A DNA stretch of 64,000 nucleotides from an uncultured Gammaproteobacteria bacterium (GCA_964435035.1 CAYSXR010000001.1:144192-208191), one strand, 5' to 3'; counted from the stretch's first letter, positions 32,601 to 40,968 are shown. Program-made: numbers and translations. The notes: generated from the letters alone by a model not told the origin.

Positions 32601-32802
32601 TACTGCAGTACATATTCCTCTTGATGAGGAAGAAGAATTATTTGTGTATGGGACACCAGGAAATGAATTTAATGACATTGTAGAAAGTCTTACGTTCACT
32701 GATCCTGAGGTGGCACCACCTCAAATATTACCAGATGCAGGAGAAGCTTGTATCCATGTAACACCTGATTCGGGTGGAAGTGATGCTGTTAGTTGTTACT
32801 AA
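29665..32802 (+). CDS. ppsA: phosphoenolpyruvate synthase (pyruvate, water dikinase) with in-frame ~230-aa C-terminal lipoprotein-like extension
   Basis: PEP-utilising enzyme N-terminal ATP-grasp region; phosphohistidine domain GGKTSHAAIVSRELGVPCVVG; C-terminal TIM-barrel ICGQAPSDYPEF; continues without stop into MRGGTTNHKFLTLVFLLGVCSASMILLGGGCGA... (TM/lipobox-like) and a Ser/Thr-rich domain. Confidence 0.75.
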   Translation: MKLSIKKGKNKKNSARESAHILWFEEIGITDIPLVGGKNASLGEMYTGLRSKNIAVPNGFAITAKAYWDFFEAHGLNKIIKKEIKGLNVLKIKDLNRVGKKIRSLIINAKFPDDLQKEIIEAYESLKKQEGVTHLSVAVRSSATAEDLPDASFAGQQETYLNIEGHDELLIAVKKCIASLFTDRAISYRETKGFDHMAVALSVTVQTMVRSDVGVSGVMFTIDTESGFPGVVLINASYGLGEYVVKGQVTPDQFYVFKEGVRKGKSAIISRIFGSKEVKLVYGKRLTTQNIVPAADRHRLCISDEDVLTLAKWGMEIEKFYNKAQDIEWAKDGVTGKLYIVQARPETVQSQANHAVIESYELKEKGKLIARGISIGQKIGAGVARIINDPRDMKLFKKGEVLVTRITDPDWEPIMRLASAIVTEQGGKTSHAAIVSRELGVPCVVGTKQARALIKTGVKVTVSCAESEEGHVYKGMLPFEVKKTTITDIAKTKTKIMMNVGDPDHAFALSYLPNDGVGLAREEFIFSNFIRIHPQALLNFDKLKDKKAKKKISELTVGYKDKRQYGVDKLADGIARIAAAFYPRDVIVRLSDFKTNEYATLIGGLEFEPKEENPMIGWRGASRYYSEEYKTAFGIECEALKKVRSDWGLNNVIVMVPFCRTPEEGKNVLKTMADFGLKQGEDKLQVYVMCEIPSNVILAEEFAKIFDGFSIGSNDLTQLTLGVDRDSALVSHVYDEKNSAVMTLIKQVIRVAHKHKRKIGICGQAPSDYPEFAEFLVREGIDSISLNPDTVLATRARIAKTEKKVGMRGGTTNHKFLTLVFLLGVCSASMILLGGGCGAIKSDNSVNTITTELSPAQVRAQFEARALSEAEERIESKRSTMTISSLGSFKVSYPQTWAVEELSSVPGYMFSKPESKAQVVVVKQKKSSTTVSDGTSSVETADTGLSAGTVDKNTASSYIIVGENTLEVEYRKTEEGTVLTAVHIPLDEEEELFVYGTPGNEFNDIVESLTFTDPEVAPPQILPDAGEACIHVTPDSGGSDAVSCY

Positions 32803-32812
32803 AAAATAAATC

Positions 32813-32838
32813 AAACACCTCCTTGTGGGGTGTTTTTG
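32813..32838 (+). terminator. rho-independent terminator after ppsA
   Basis: AAACACCtccttgtgGGGTGTTT hairpin followed by TTGT. Confidence 0.5.
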
Positions 32839-32898
32839 TAATACTTTGTTCTCATTGAATAAAACATAAAAAATTGGTATTCTAAGAATACTAATTCT

Positions 32899-34224
32899 AT
32901 GAAAAAATGGTCCCAAAAAATAACTTGCATTCTCATGCTTTTTAGCATGTCTATTGTGGTTTTTTTTGGTAGACCTGTGTATAGTTCAATCGAAGAACAG
33001 AAAGAGTTACAACAGGAGCTCAAAAATATCGAAGCAGAGATTGGGAAGCTTGAACAAGAAATTACAACTACAAAAGGCGAAAAGAAAACACTTGCAAGTA
33101 AGATTCAACAACTTAAACAAGAACAAAATAAAATTAAGCTTCAGATACAGGCAACTGCCCTGCACATTAAAGACCTGGAAAATAAAATTGATGTCACTCT
33201 TGATGAAATACAAAAGAATGAAGAAAAAAGTGAGGAGCTTAAAAATAATTTAGGCGTATTACTTCGTCTCTTGTACCAGAGAAATCAGGAAGCGCGGGCG
33301 TTTCGATTAATATTGCAGGGAAAGCTTAGTGATGCGATTGTTGAAGTAAGAAATTTGGAACGGTTGTCTGATTCAATCGGGGAGTTACTGGATGATGCAA
33401 AAAAAGTACGGAAAGATCTTGAAGTGCAGAAAGAGAAGTATGCGACTGACCAGGAAGACGCAAGTGAACTTTTGAAGCTTGTAGAAGCGGAGGGTGGTTC
33501 ACTTACGGGTAAGCTGCAGGAACAAGCAAAATTATTGAAGAGTACACAAGGCAAAGAAGAAAATTATCAGAGTCAGCTTCAGGATAATAAAAAACGCGCA
33601 GCAGAAATCAAGAGTCGAATTTATGAGCTTCTTGATGTGGGTACGCAAATTACCTTTGGTGAAGCGGTAACCATTTCTGAATGGGTGAGTGGACAGATTG
33701 GTGTGCCAGCTTCGCTTCAGCTCGCAATTCTGACCCAAGAATCAAATCTAGGTAAAAATGTAGGAACCTGTAATCGTCTGGGCGACCCCCCTGAAAAAAG
33801 CTGGAAAGTGATTATGAAGCCTGAACGGGACCAAGAGCCGTTCAAAAAAATTACCGAAGAATTGGGAAAAGATCCGGATATTACACCGGTGTCTTGTCCT
33901 ATGCGGAATAAAGATGGTAGTCAGCTCGGATGGGGAGGTGCTATGGGTCCAGCACAATTTATTCCTTCGACATGGGTGGGGTATAAGGCTAAAGTTTCAG
34001 CAATTACGGGTAAAACTCCAGCAGACCCTTGGGATATTCGAGATGCATTTCTCGCCTCTGCCTTGCTTCTCAAGGCAAATGGAGCTGATGGTACTCGTGA
34101 CGGGAATTGGAAAGCCGCAATGCGCTATTTTTCAGGTGGAATCAATCCAAAATATAGTTTTTATGGGGATAATGTGATAGCTCTTTCGGATAAGTACGAG
34201 GAAGATATTAAAGCGTTGAAATAG
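32899..34224 (+). CDS. secreted coiled-coil protein with C-terminal lytic transglycosylase (SLT_2/MltB-like) domain
   Basis: signal peptide; ~200 aa heptad-rich coiled coil; C-terminal GWGGAMGPAQFIPSTW motif characteristic of the MltB/SLT_2 family. Confidence 0.6.
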   Translation: MKKWSQKITCILMLFSMSIVVFFGRPVYSSIEEQKELQQELKNIEAEIGKLEQEITTTKGEKKTLASKIQQLKQEQNKIKLQIQATALHIKDLENKIDVTLDEIQKNEEKSEELKNNLGVLLRLLYQRNQEARAFRLILQGKLSDAIVEVRNLERLSDSIGELLDDAKKVRKDLEVQKEKYATDQEDASELLKLVEAEGGSLTGKLQEQAKLLKSTQGKEENYQSQLQDNKKRAAEIKSRIYELLDVGTQITFGEAVTISEWVSGQIGVPASLQLAILTQESNLGKNVGTCNRLGDPPEKSWKVIMKPERDQEPFKKITEELGKDPDITPVSCPMRNKDGSQLGWGGAMGPAQFIPSTWVGYKAKVSAITGKTPADPWDIRDAFLASALLLKANGADGTRDGNWKAAMRYFSGGINPKYSFYGDNVIALSDKYEEDIKALK

Positions 34225-34296
34225 CTCATAGCCAATAGGAGGAAAATGCGAATCGGTACTCTTAATTGGCTTTCTTGCTTTCTCTCTATGAACTAA

Positions 34297-34866
34297 TTAA
34301 AATTGTTTCATTATCCACATCACCTCGTCAGGGTAGGATGGGATCACGGTGCCATTGTAGTAGTATAATTTTCTTTTGACCGAAGGAGTCGAATACCATC
34401 GAGCAGTTCTCGGATTATCTCCACACAAATTTTTGCCTACTTCCTGTATTGCTTCATCAATATTTTTGAAAGGAATTTGGGCTCCTCCCCAACCAAAAGG
34501 ATTATTATACTGCATCCGCTTTCCACCAGTGGATTCGCGTACTGCAATTGCAGGAAGCAATCGCCAATCCAGTCCGCAGCTATCAGCAACTGCAATAAAA
34601 CTTTTACCATATCCAGCAAGCGGCATGTTATATTTTTCAAAATACGCATCAATCCTGTCTGCTCGCTCGTCGGCAATTGTTGGCTCTGTATATATGCGTG
34701 CAATAATATATATTGTAAGTCCTCCGAGTATACTCAAGATAAGAATTGTGCTCATGAGGTGTCTGCGATAACGAAGAAAAAGTACGGGGAATACTGGCTG
34801 TTTTTTGATGCGACGGTTTTTTTTCTGTTGAATAGAAAGAGTACTTCGTTTTTTTGTACGGGGCAT
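34297..34866 (-). CDS. membrane-anchored peptidoglycan hydrolase, glucosaminidase (FlgJ/LytD-like) domain
   Basis: basic N-terminus + TM; AIAVRESTGGKRMQYNNPFGWGG matches glucosaminidase-domain ES..G...NN.FG signature. Confidence 0.5.
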   Translation of the reverse strand: MPRTKKRSTLSIQQKKNRRIKKQPVFPVLFLRYRRHLMSTILILSILGGLTIYIIARIYTEPTIADERADRIDAYFEKYNMPLAGYGKSFIAVADSCGLDWRLLPAIAVRESTGGKRMQYNNPFGWGGAQIPFKNIDEAIQEVGKNLCGDNPRTARWYSTPSVKRKLYYYNGTVIPSYPDEVMWIMKQF

Positions 34867-34941
34867 ACAAATATGTTATTGCACTAGTATACCATAACAT
34901 ACCCCGTGGGTGGGGTATGTTATGGTAGGTGTAGGGTGTGA

Positions 34942-36417
34942 TTAGAGTTTTCCCAAATTTAATTCTTCAGTGATACGAATTTGTTCGACAAAATCTGGCA
35001 TATGAGATACGAGGATGATTGTTCCTTCATATTCATTGATAGCTTCTGCAATCACCGGGATGTGTCTGAAATTGATATGGTTGGTAGGCTCATCAAGAAT
35101 GAGAAGTCCAGGTTTTTGCAATACAAATCGGGCATAGCAGAGTAATCCTTTTTGTCCTTCTGAGAGTGACCCGACCGTATTTTTCATAATGTCAGAAGTC
35201 AGAAGAAATTGTGCACCTGTCGCATATATTTCCTGATTATCAGGCACGTCCATCATCTGAGCAAGAGAATCATACACCGTAGCTTCAAAATCAAGCCCAG
35301 AGAAGTCTTGTCGGTAATAACCAATCTTTATTCCCGGAGCAATAGTCGCGTGATCAGCAGGTTCAAGTGCAAGTTCTTTCAAAAGCGTGCTTTTCCCAAC
35401 GCCATTAGGTCCGACAATTTGTAGTCTGTTTCCTTTCCACAGTTTAATGTCCACTTTTTTACTGATGCGTTTATGATTAATAATAGCGCCCACATTTGAA
35501 ATAGTCACAACCACTTCAGACCATGATTGCGCAGGAATTGTAAATGGGCGGATGGTTTTGTCATCACGTTTTACCTCAACCATGTTATCTTCATCCTCTT
35601 CAACTTGGTCTTTGAGTTTGCTTGCGAGTTTTCGCATCTTACCTCCTTTGTGTGCAAAGAAGTTTACTTTATCTTTTTTGTCTTGGATATTTTTTCGGAG
35701 TTGTGCATTTTTTCGTTCTTCACGTTCAATTTGCGCTTTAATTTCCTCGATCACATCGAAATAGTTTCCCACATATTGCTCAACTTTTTTGGTATGAAAG
35801 TCTACGTTCAAAACTCCATCAGTAAATGAATTCAAAAATGCTGCATCATGGGAAATAACAATAACCGTTCCTTCATACATCACGAGGAAGGCAGTGAGAT
35901 GTGCAATACCATCAGCATCAAGATTATTGGTAGGTTCATCAAGTAGAAGAATGTCAGGTTTCTGTATGAGTGCATATGCCAAGAGCAGGCGCGCGTGTTG
36001 TCCACCTGAGAGTTCTTTTACTTTCTTTTCAAGTGGAATGCTGAGGTCAACTACTGAAAGTACATCAGTAACCAGTTTTTCAAGGTTATACAGATGTTCA
36101 GAAAATGCAGTCGCAAAATATTCAAGAATAGTTAAATCAAAAAATTCTTTGGGCATGACCTGGAGCCCGATCGCAATAGTTGCGTTGTCTGTAATATGTA
36201 TATTACCTGAATTTGGTTTGAGGATGTCAGGTTTGGTAGAGCCAGAAGCACCGAGAATAAGCTTGAATATCGTACTTTTTCCTACACCATTTTGTCCCAT
36301 GATGGTAATTTTTGCATTTTCACGAACCGAAAAAGAAGCCCCATCAAGGATTTGTTTATCATCGGTATAGGCGAATGATACGTTATCAAAACGCACAATA
36401 ACATTGCCGTGGCTCAT
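34942..36417 (-). CDS. ABC-F family ATPase (tandem ABC domains, no TMD; EttA/Uup-like)
   Basis: two Walker A sites (GQNGVGKST; GPNGVGKST), two signature motifs (LSGGQHARLLLAYAL; LSEGQKGLLCYARF), inter-domain charged linker. Confidence 0.85.
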   Translation of the reverse strand: MSHGNVIVRFDNVSFAYTDDKQILDGASFSVRENAKITIMGQNGVGKSTIFKLILGASGSTKPDILKPNSGNIHITDNATIAIGLQVMPKEFFDLTILEYFATAFSEHLYNLEKLVTDVLSVVDLSIPLEKKVKELSGGQHARLLLAYALIQKPDILLLDEPTNNLDADGIAHLTAFLVMYEGTVIVISHDAAFLNSFTDGVLNVDFHTKKVEQYVGNYFDVIEEIKAQIEREERKNAQLRKNIQDKKDKVNFFAHKGGKMRKLASKLKDQVEEDEDNMVEVKRDDKTIRPFTIPAQSWSEVVVTISNVGAIINHKRISKKVDIKLWKGNRLQIVGPNGVGKSTLLKELALEPADHATIAPGIKIGYYRQDFSGLDFEATVYDSLAQMMDVPDNQEIYATGAQFLLTSDIMKNTVGSLSEGQKGLLCYARFVLQKPGLLILDEPTNHINFRHIPVIAEAINEYEGTIILVSHMPDFVEQIRITEELNLGKL

Positions 36418-36492
36418 AGTGAAATAGTTCTAAAATAAATAACTCGCACGTAGGAGTTATTCTGGTGGACAGGTTTTTAGTAAAACAATAAG

Positions 36493-36566
36493 CGGGCTGG
36501 ACGGGACTCGAACCCGCAACTTCTGCCGTGACAGGGCAGTGCTCTAACCAGTTGAACTACCAGCCC
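36493..36566 (-). tRNA. tRNA-Asp (anticodon GTC)
   Basis: hand-folded on minus strand: acceptor GGGCTGG/CCAGCCC, anticodon stem CTGCC/GGCAG with loop CTGTCAC, T-arm GCGGG-TTCGAGT-CCCGT, discriminator G; 74 nt. Confidence 0.8.
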
Positions 36567-36607
36567 GCTTATTGTTTTACACATGTAAGGAAAAGGCCTT
36601 GGATGAC

Positions 36608-36727
36608 TTATTTCTGTGCGGTTGCAGCAGCCTTACGTACGCGCTTCAACTTTTTTTTGTCGCGTGTAACTTTGTCCACTTTCCATTGTGCCTTCATTTT
36701 ATTTCTCATTTTTTTGCGCATTCCCAT
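36608..36727 (-). CDS. hypothetical very basic 39-aa peptide (MGMRKKMRNKMKAQWKVDKVTRDKKKLKRVRKAAATAQK)
   Basis: not in ORF track (too short); minus-strand TTGACA-N17-TATTAT promoter-like sequence about 60 nt upstream; ribosomal-protein-like composition but no family recognised. Confidence 0.3.
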   Translation of the reverse strand: MGMRKKMRNKMKAQWKVDKVTRDKKKLKRVRKAAATAQK

Positions 36728-36826
36728 ATGAGGTAAAGATAACCAATTAAATATCTGTGTGAATGAAATATATAATACGTTTTTTTTACACGTTTGTCAA
36801 TATGTAGAGGGTCGTCTACAAAACAA

Positions 36827-36906
36827 AAGACCCTTAGTGTGTCCGGCGCGGCAAGGGAGCGAAGGAGGGGGCGCTCCCGCCATCGCCAAACACACTAAGA
36901 GTCTTT
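36827..36906 (-). terminator. large GC-rich hairpin + T-run, probable terminator of infC-rpmI-rplT operon
   Basis: 16-bp imperfect inverted repeat AAGACCCTTAGTGTGT / ACACACTAAGAGTCTT enclosing a nested GGGAGCG..CGCTCCC stem; on minus strand followed by TTTTGTTTTG. Confidence 0.5.
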
Positions 36907-37151
36907 AAGTGTTAGTATACAAAATAGTACCATCCCAGAATAAGACGTGTCAAGGGTAATTAAGCGAAAAAAATTCTTATTTTTAGGGGATTGTAAACTG
37001 TATACTAATTAGATAGTAAAAAATTTTTAAGTATTAGTTTATGTAATAATTTCACCGGGAATATTACGTATGAAGTGTTGCTGTGTATAAAATAATCCCC
37101 CAGAATGGGGGATTAGATACTGTTGAGGAATTTTGTACTGCTTGTAAGTGT

Positions 37152-37496
37152 TTAGGAAACTGATTTTACTATTGCAGCAAATACTTTTGGATGTTTTTCA
37201 GCAATCTGTGAGAGTACTTTGCGGTCAAATACCATATCATTCTTTTTCAATGCTCCCATGAATTTACTATAAGACATTCCGTGCTTGCGGATTTCAGCAT
37301 TGATCTTTACCTGCCATAGATTTCGTGTCGTACGTTTTTTTACTCGACGATCACGATATGCGTGTGCTCCAGCTTTAGTATCTGCAGTTTTTGCAAGTTT
37401 CAATAATTTTTTGCGACCACCTTCAAATCCTTTCACCCGTTTGAGAATGTTTGAACGTCTTTTGGCATGTCGCATTCCTCGTTTTACTCGTGGCAT
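37152..37496 (-). CDS. rplT: 50S ribosomal protein L20
   Basis: MPRVKRG...RRxxxLKxxKGFxG...AHxYRDRRxKKR hallmark L20 N-terminus; infC-rpmI-rplT order. Confidence 0.9.
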   Translation of the reverse strand: MPRVKRGMRHAKRRSNILKRVKGFEGGRKKLLKLAKTADTKAGAHAYRDRRVKKRTTRNLWQVKINAEIRKHGMSYSKFMGALKKNDMVFDRKVLSQIAEKHPKVFAAIVKSVS

Positions 37497-37523
37497 ACTA
37501 TCTTAAATAAGTCTTTTAATGGG

Positions 37524-37742
37524 TTAGTTTGAAGCAGCGTAGGGGAGTGCTTTCAATACGGTGCGCTGCAACGGGGTAGAAGTACTTCGATCCCGGCGTT
37601 TGTTTCTGCGTACGCTTCCTGATTCACGGGAATTAAAATGGTCCTGTCCGTCAGTGCGTTTGAGGACTTTTAATCCGTTCTTTCGTGATTTCTTTACTTG
37701 AAATCTTTTTGCGGTTGCTTTATGAGTTTTGAGTTTAGGCAT
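37524..37742 (-). CDS. rpmI: 50S ribosomal protein L35
   Basis: MPKLKTHKATAKRF start typical of bL35; 72 aa; position between infC and rplT. Confidence 0.85.
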   Translation of the reverse strand: MPKLKTHKATAKRFQVKKSRKNGLKVLKRTDGQDHFNSRESGSVRRNKRRDRSTSTPLQRTVLKALPYAASN

Positions 37743-37797
37743 ACAAATTCATTATGTGCGGGCTAGTATATAGTATTTTGTGTCAGGAGTCAAGAGC

Positions 37798-38346
37798 TTA
37801 TTTCCGCACCACGACTGCAGTCACTTTCTTGCCCTGTCTCGTGATTTCTTGCTCAAATTTTACGGGGACCTTTGGTTCGAGCTTTTTGACCATGGTATCG
37901 ATGATTTCGTTCGCCAAATCACCTCTTGCATTCTCTCGTCCTTTGAGTACGACTTCAAGTCGTACCTTGTCCCCACGTAAGAGGAATTTCTCAGCCTGAT
38001 CAGCTTTGATCGTGAGATCATGATCGCTAATGCGGATAGAGAGACGGATTCCCTTGATTTCACTCACATGTGAATGAGCTTTTTGTTTGCGAGCTTCTTT
38101 TTCTTTTTGATACTTAAATTCAGTAAAATCAATCAGTTTTACGACGGGAGGAGTGCTTTTAGGGTTGATTTCAACTAGATCCAGTTCTTTCTCTTCTGCA
38201 AGAGCAAGTGCTTCTTTCGCAGTCATGACATTGATTCGTTTACCTTCTTCATCAAGAACCATAACTTCAGGAGAGTCAATTTCCTGATTTTTTCGATAGT
38301 GTGCAATGAGCGGCTTATCTGGTCTTTTTTTACGGGAAATTCGCAT
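37798..38346 (-). CDS. infC: translation initiation factor IF-3
   Basis: 182 aa; N-domain (EALALAEEKELDLVEINPKSTPPVVKLIDF) and C-domain (KGIRLSIRISDHDLTIK) signatures; true start may be a non-ATG codon upstream as usual for infC. Confidence 0.85.
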   Translation of the reverse strand: MRISRKKRPDKPLIAHYRKNQEIDSPEVMVLDEEGKRINVMTAKEALALAEEKELDLVEINPKSTPPVVKLIDFTEFKYQKEKEARKQKAHSHVSEIKGIRLSIRISDHDLTIKADQAEKFLLRGDKVRLEVVLKGRENARGDLANEIIDTMVKKLEPKVPVKFEQEITRQGKKVTAVVVRK

Positions 38347-38374
38347 AGTTTAAAGTGAAAGGTAAATTTAAGTT

Positions 38375-38647
38375 CTACAAAGTTGAGTTATTTTCTAGAT
38401 AATATCTTAATTGTTTTTTTAAAAACTTCCATCCTGATCCACTTTTAAGAAATTTTTCTCTTCCGGTAGCATCTTTTTTGTTTAGATACAGTTCTGCATA
38501 AATTAATTTCCATGGCATGTGTTTTTTTGTTGATATCGTTGAACCTTGATTATGTTGAATTATTCTACGTTTAATATCCGTAGTCCAGCCGATATAATGC
38601 CGATTTGGGTCTTTAATTGATTCAATAAAATAAACTACATAATACAT
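38375..38647 (-). CDS. GIY-YIG nuclease family small protein
   Basis: 90 aa; MYYVVYFIESIKDPNRHYIGWTTDIKRRIIQHN = GIY...YIG motif with catalytic Arg/Glu spacing; sits directly 3' of tmRNA. Confidence 0.75.
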   Translation of the reverse strand: MYYVVYFIESIKDPNRHYIGWTTDIKRRIIQHNQGSTISTKKHMPWKLIYAELYLNKKDATGREKFLKSGSGWKFLKKQLRYYLENNSTL

Positions 38648-38776
38648 ACTTCCTCCTTAAAAAAGTTGTATTGGCAGTGCCACGAGGGCGCGCTGTGCTT
38701 AGTAATGTTGCTGCCACGTAAAGTCGCTACGCTCCTACGTGGCACTCAAAGGCGCTCTGAGAATCGCGCCTTTTCG

Positions 38777-39173
38777 TGGAGATGCCGGGAGTCGAACCCG
38801 GGTCTAGACGGGTTACCCCGATACTCTACATGTGTATCGATGTTTGGTGTTTCGCATACGAATATGAAACATCGAAAAATATCGCATGCTATCGCATGAA
38901 TGGTTTCAACTAACTTCCATACGAACAAAGTTAGTCTACGCTCGAACTAGGGTTGGCACCGTGGATCCACCATCGAGTATCGTGGGTACGATGGTCGTAG
39001 TGATTTAGGCTACAACAGAAGCAAAGCTAGGCATACTGAAAGCTTTCGCTACAGTGTTTTTAGCTCGCTCGAACAAGTTTGCACTTGTGGAATTGCCTAT
39101 TTGTTACAGAGACAGGCACTCTGACATGCATATACAAGATAACAGAATCCATCTATCGAAGCCTGTCATCCCC
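38777..39173 (-). ncRNA. ssrA: tmRNA (ssrA)
   Basis: minus-strand 5' GGGGATGACAGGCTTCGA... and 3' ...GACCCGGGTTCGACTCCCGGCATCTCCA tRNA-like domain (acceptor GGGGATG/CATCTCC with one G-U); immediately downstream of smpB; ~397 nt; followed by a GGCGC..GCGCC + TTT terminator. Confidence 0.75.
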
Positions 39174-39198
39174 GTTGGTCTTTTGTAAAGGACGCTCA

Positions 39199-39690
39199 TT
39201 AGTCGTCTCTTCCGTGCTTCAATATTCGTTGGAGCGATCGTTTGCTCTCTCGTTCTTTTATCGTACGGCGCTTGTCATGGGTTTTTTTACCTTTGGCAAT
39301 ACCGATCTCAAGTTTGATTAAAGTTCCCTTAGTATAGAGGGAAAGTGGCACGATTGTCAAGCCTTTTTCCTCGGTTTTTCCGCGTAAATAATTGATTTCT
39401 TTGGTACTCAAAAGTAATTTTCTGGTGGCATCGGGGACATAATGGGGATTGGTCGCGTACCGATAGGCTCCAATATGCATGTTTACGATTGTCGCACTTC
39501 GGCCTCTCACCATCACAAAACTCCCGTCTAATTTGGCACTGCCATTGCGGATAGATTTTACCTCGGCTCCAGTCAATACCAAACCTGCCTCGAGACTCTC
39601 AAGGATTTCATAGTCGAATCGTACTTTTTTATGAGTGGCGAGTGTAGGCATAATCAGTGCCAAGTATAGCGTATTTTTGCTATTTTGCAA
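39199..39690 (-). CDS. smpB: SsrA-binding protein SmpB
   Basis: 163 aa; typical SmpB core (KVRFDYEILESLEAGLVLTGAEVKSIR...) and basic C-terminal tail KKTHDKRRTIKERESKRSL. Confidence 0.85.
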   Translation of the reverse strand: MQNSKNTLYLALIMPTLATHKKVRFDYEILESLEAGLVLTGAEVKSIRNGSAKLDGSFVMVRGRSATIVNMHIGAYRYATNPHYVPDATRKLLLSTKEINYLRGKTEEKGLTIVPLSLYTKGTLIKLEIGIAKGKKTHDKRRTIKERESKRSLQRILKHGRDD

Positions 39691-39704
39691 GATAGAGGGG
39701 AAAA

Positions 39705-40187
39705 GTGTATACTTACCGTTACTTTATCGTATACCTAATCGTTTATATGGACACTGAATTCTCATCAACCAGAAAAATACCAGTCGTTATGTGGATTGTT
39801 TTAGGAGTAGTATTGGTCTCCGCCATTGCATTGGGAATATGGGCATTCCGTCATAAGGGTGAGATTTTGCCAGGTGGATTTGGTGGTACGAATGATTCAG
39901 GAAGTGCAACTACCCCTGTTCTCACGGAAAAAGAAATTAAAGATCGGTATGTGGCGTCACTTACTGCGATCGCGACCGAAGTTCAGACAATGAATGTTAC
40001 AAGTCAGGCTGAACTAGTAGAAAAAGTAGAAGAGAAACTGATGGAAGTTCGGGTACCAGGTGAGCGGAGAGATCTGTTTATACACACATTTTTAGCAATT
40101 GGAAAATTACGAGAGACAGGAGAGAATAGTGATGTGCTCAAAACAAAAATTCTGCAATTAATTAACTCATTGCGTACATCAACATAA
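39705..40187 (+). CDS. hypothetical membrane-anchored protein
   Basis: 160 aa; single N-terminal TM (IPVVMWIVLGVVLVSAIALGIWAF). Confidence 0.45.
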   Translation: MYTYRYFIVYLIVYMDTEFSSTRKIPVVMWIVLGVVLVSAIALGIWAFRHKGEILPGGFGGTNDSGSATTPVLTEKEIKDRYVASLTAIATEVQTMNVTSQAELVEKVEEKLMEVRVPGERRDLFIHTFLAIGKLRETGENSDVLKTKILQLINSLRTST

Positions 40188-40212
40188 GTTCTTGGTTGAT
40201 TGAGAAGTAGCT

Positions 40213-40968
40213 ATGAATAAAACGTTTACTATCAAAATAATTTCATGGCTTCTGCCATCGGTGGTACTTCTTGTTATTTTATTATTTCCCGATCTTTTTG
40301 TTGCACTCCTTGCGAGTGCAGTATGGTTTGGGTACATGGCGTATGTAGCAATCGTGTACCGGAGCCAGATTTATGAGCTACTTACCCAAGTCTTCACCAT
40401 GTTTTCACTGTTGTGGCTTCTGTTTCTGGTAGAGTCGTTGACCCTTCGGTGGTTTTTGGTCGGCATCTCACTTCCATTTTTCTTCTTTTTGATCTGGATG
40501 AGCTCAGAGCTTACGGGGATGCTCGTGCATATACAGGAGAAGCCGCTTCGCCGTATACGCATGATGATTCATGTGTTCAATATGTATGCAGGATGTCTTG
40601 CGTTATTTGCGGTAAATATTTTTTTTCCAGGAATTCCGTTTGTGGCTGTTGCAGTGATTGGAGGAATGTATGCGGCAATCATCTCATTACTTATTTGGAA
40701 ATTATATTTCAAAGTACCCATTCGTGAATTTGCCTTGCCTCTTCTTGCAGTATCAGTCGGTGTGACCGAACTTATGTGGGCATTGCATTTGATGCCATTT
40801 GGATATCTCGCACAAGGGCTGCTCGTGGTATGGGTATGGTATATATTACAGCTCTTAGTTCGTTTTCATCGAAGTCCTCGGGGAATTGTGTGGAAAGAAC
40901 AGGCTATTTTTTTGGGTATCAACGCTGTATTATTTATGTCAGTACTTGCATTTATTCGCTGGGTTTGA
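40213..40968 (+). CDS. hypothetical polytopic membrane protein (about 7 TM)
   Basis: 251 aa, hydrophobic throughout with short loops. Confidence 0.5.
   Translation: MNKTFTIKIISWLLPSVVLLVILLFPDLFVALLASAVWFGYMAYVAIVYRSQIYELLTQVFTMFSLLWLLFLVESLTLRWFLVGISLPFFFFLIWMSSELTGMLVHIQEKPLRRIRMMIHVFNMYAGCLALFAVNIFFPGIPFVAVAVIGGMYAAIISLLIWKLYFKVPIREFALPLLAVSVGVTELMWALHLMPFGYLAQGLLVVWVWYILQLLVRFHRSPRGIVWKEQAIFLGINAVLFMSVLAFIRWV

Noticed and set aside
36528-36731. 67-aa plus-strand ORF
   Set aside because: Overlaps the tRNA-Asp gene and the antisense of a small basic ORF. No SD and atypical composition.
36795-36906. GC-rich structured element considered as SRP RNA/6S RNA/RNase P
   Set aside because: No conserved SRP domain IV or RNase P P4 motifs recognisable. 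On the minus strand it is a hairpin followed by a T-run directly after rplT, so terminator is the parsimonious reading.
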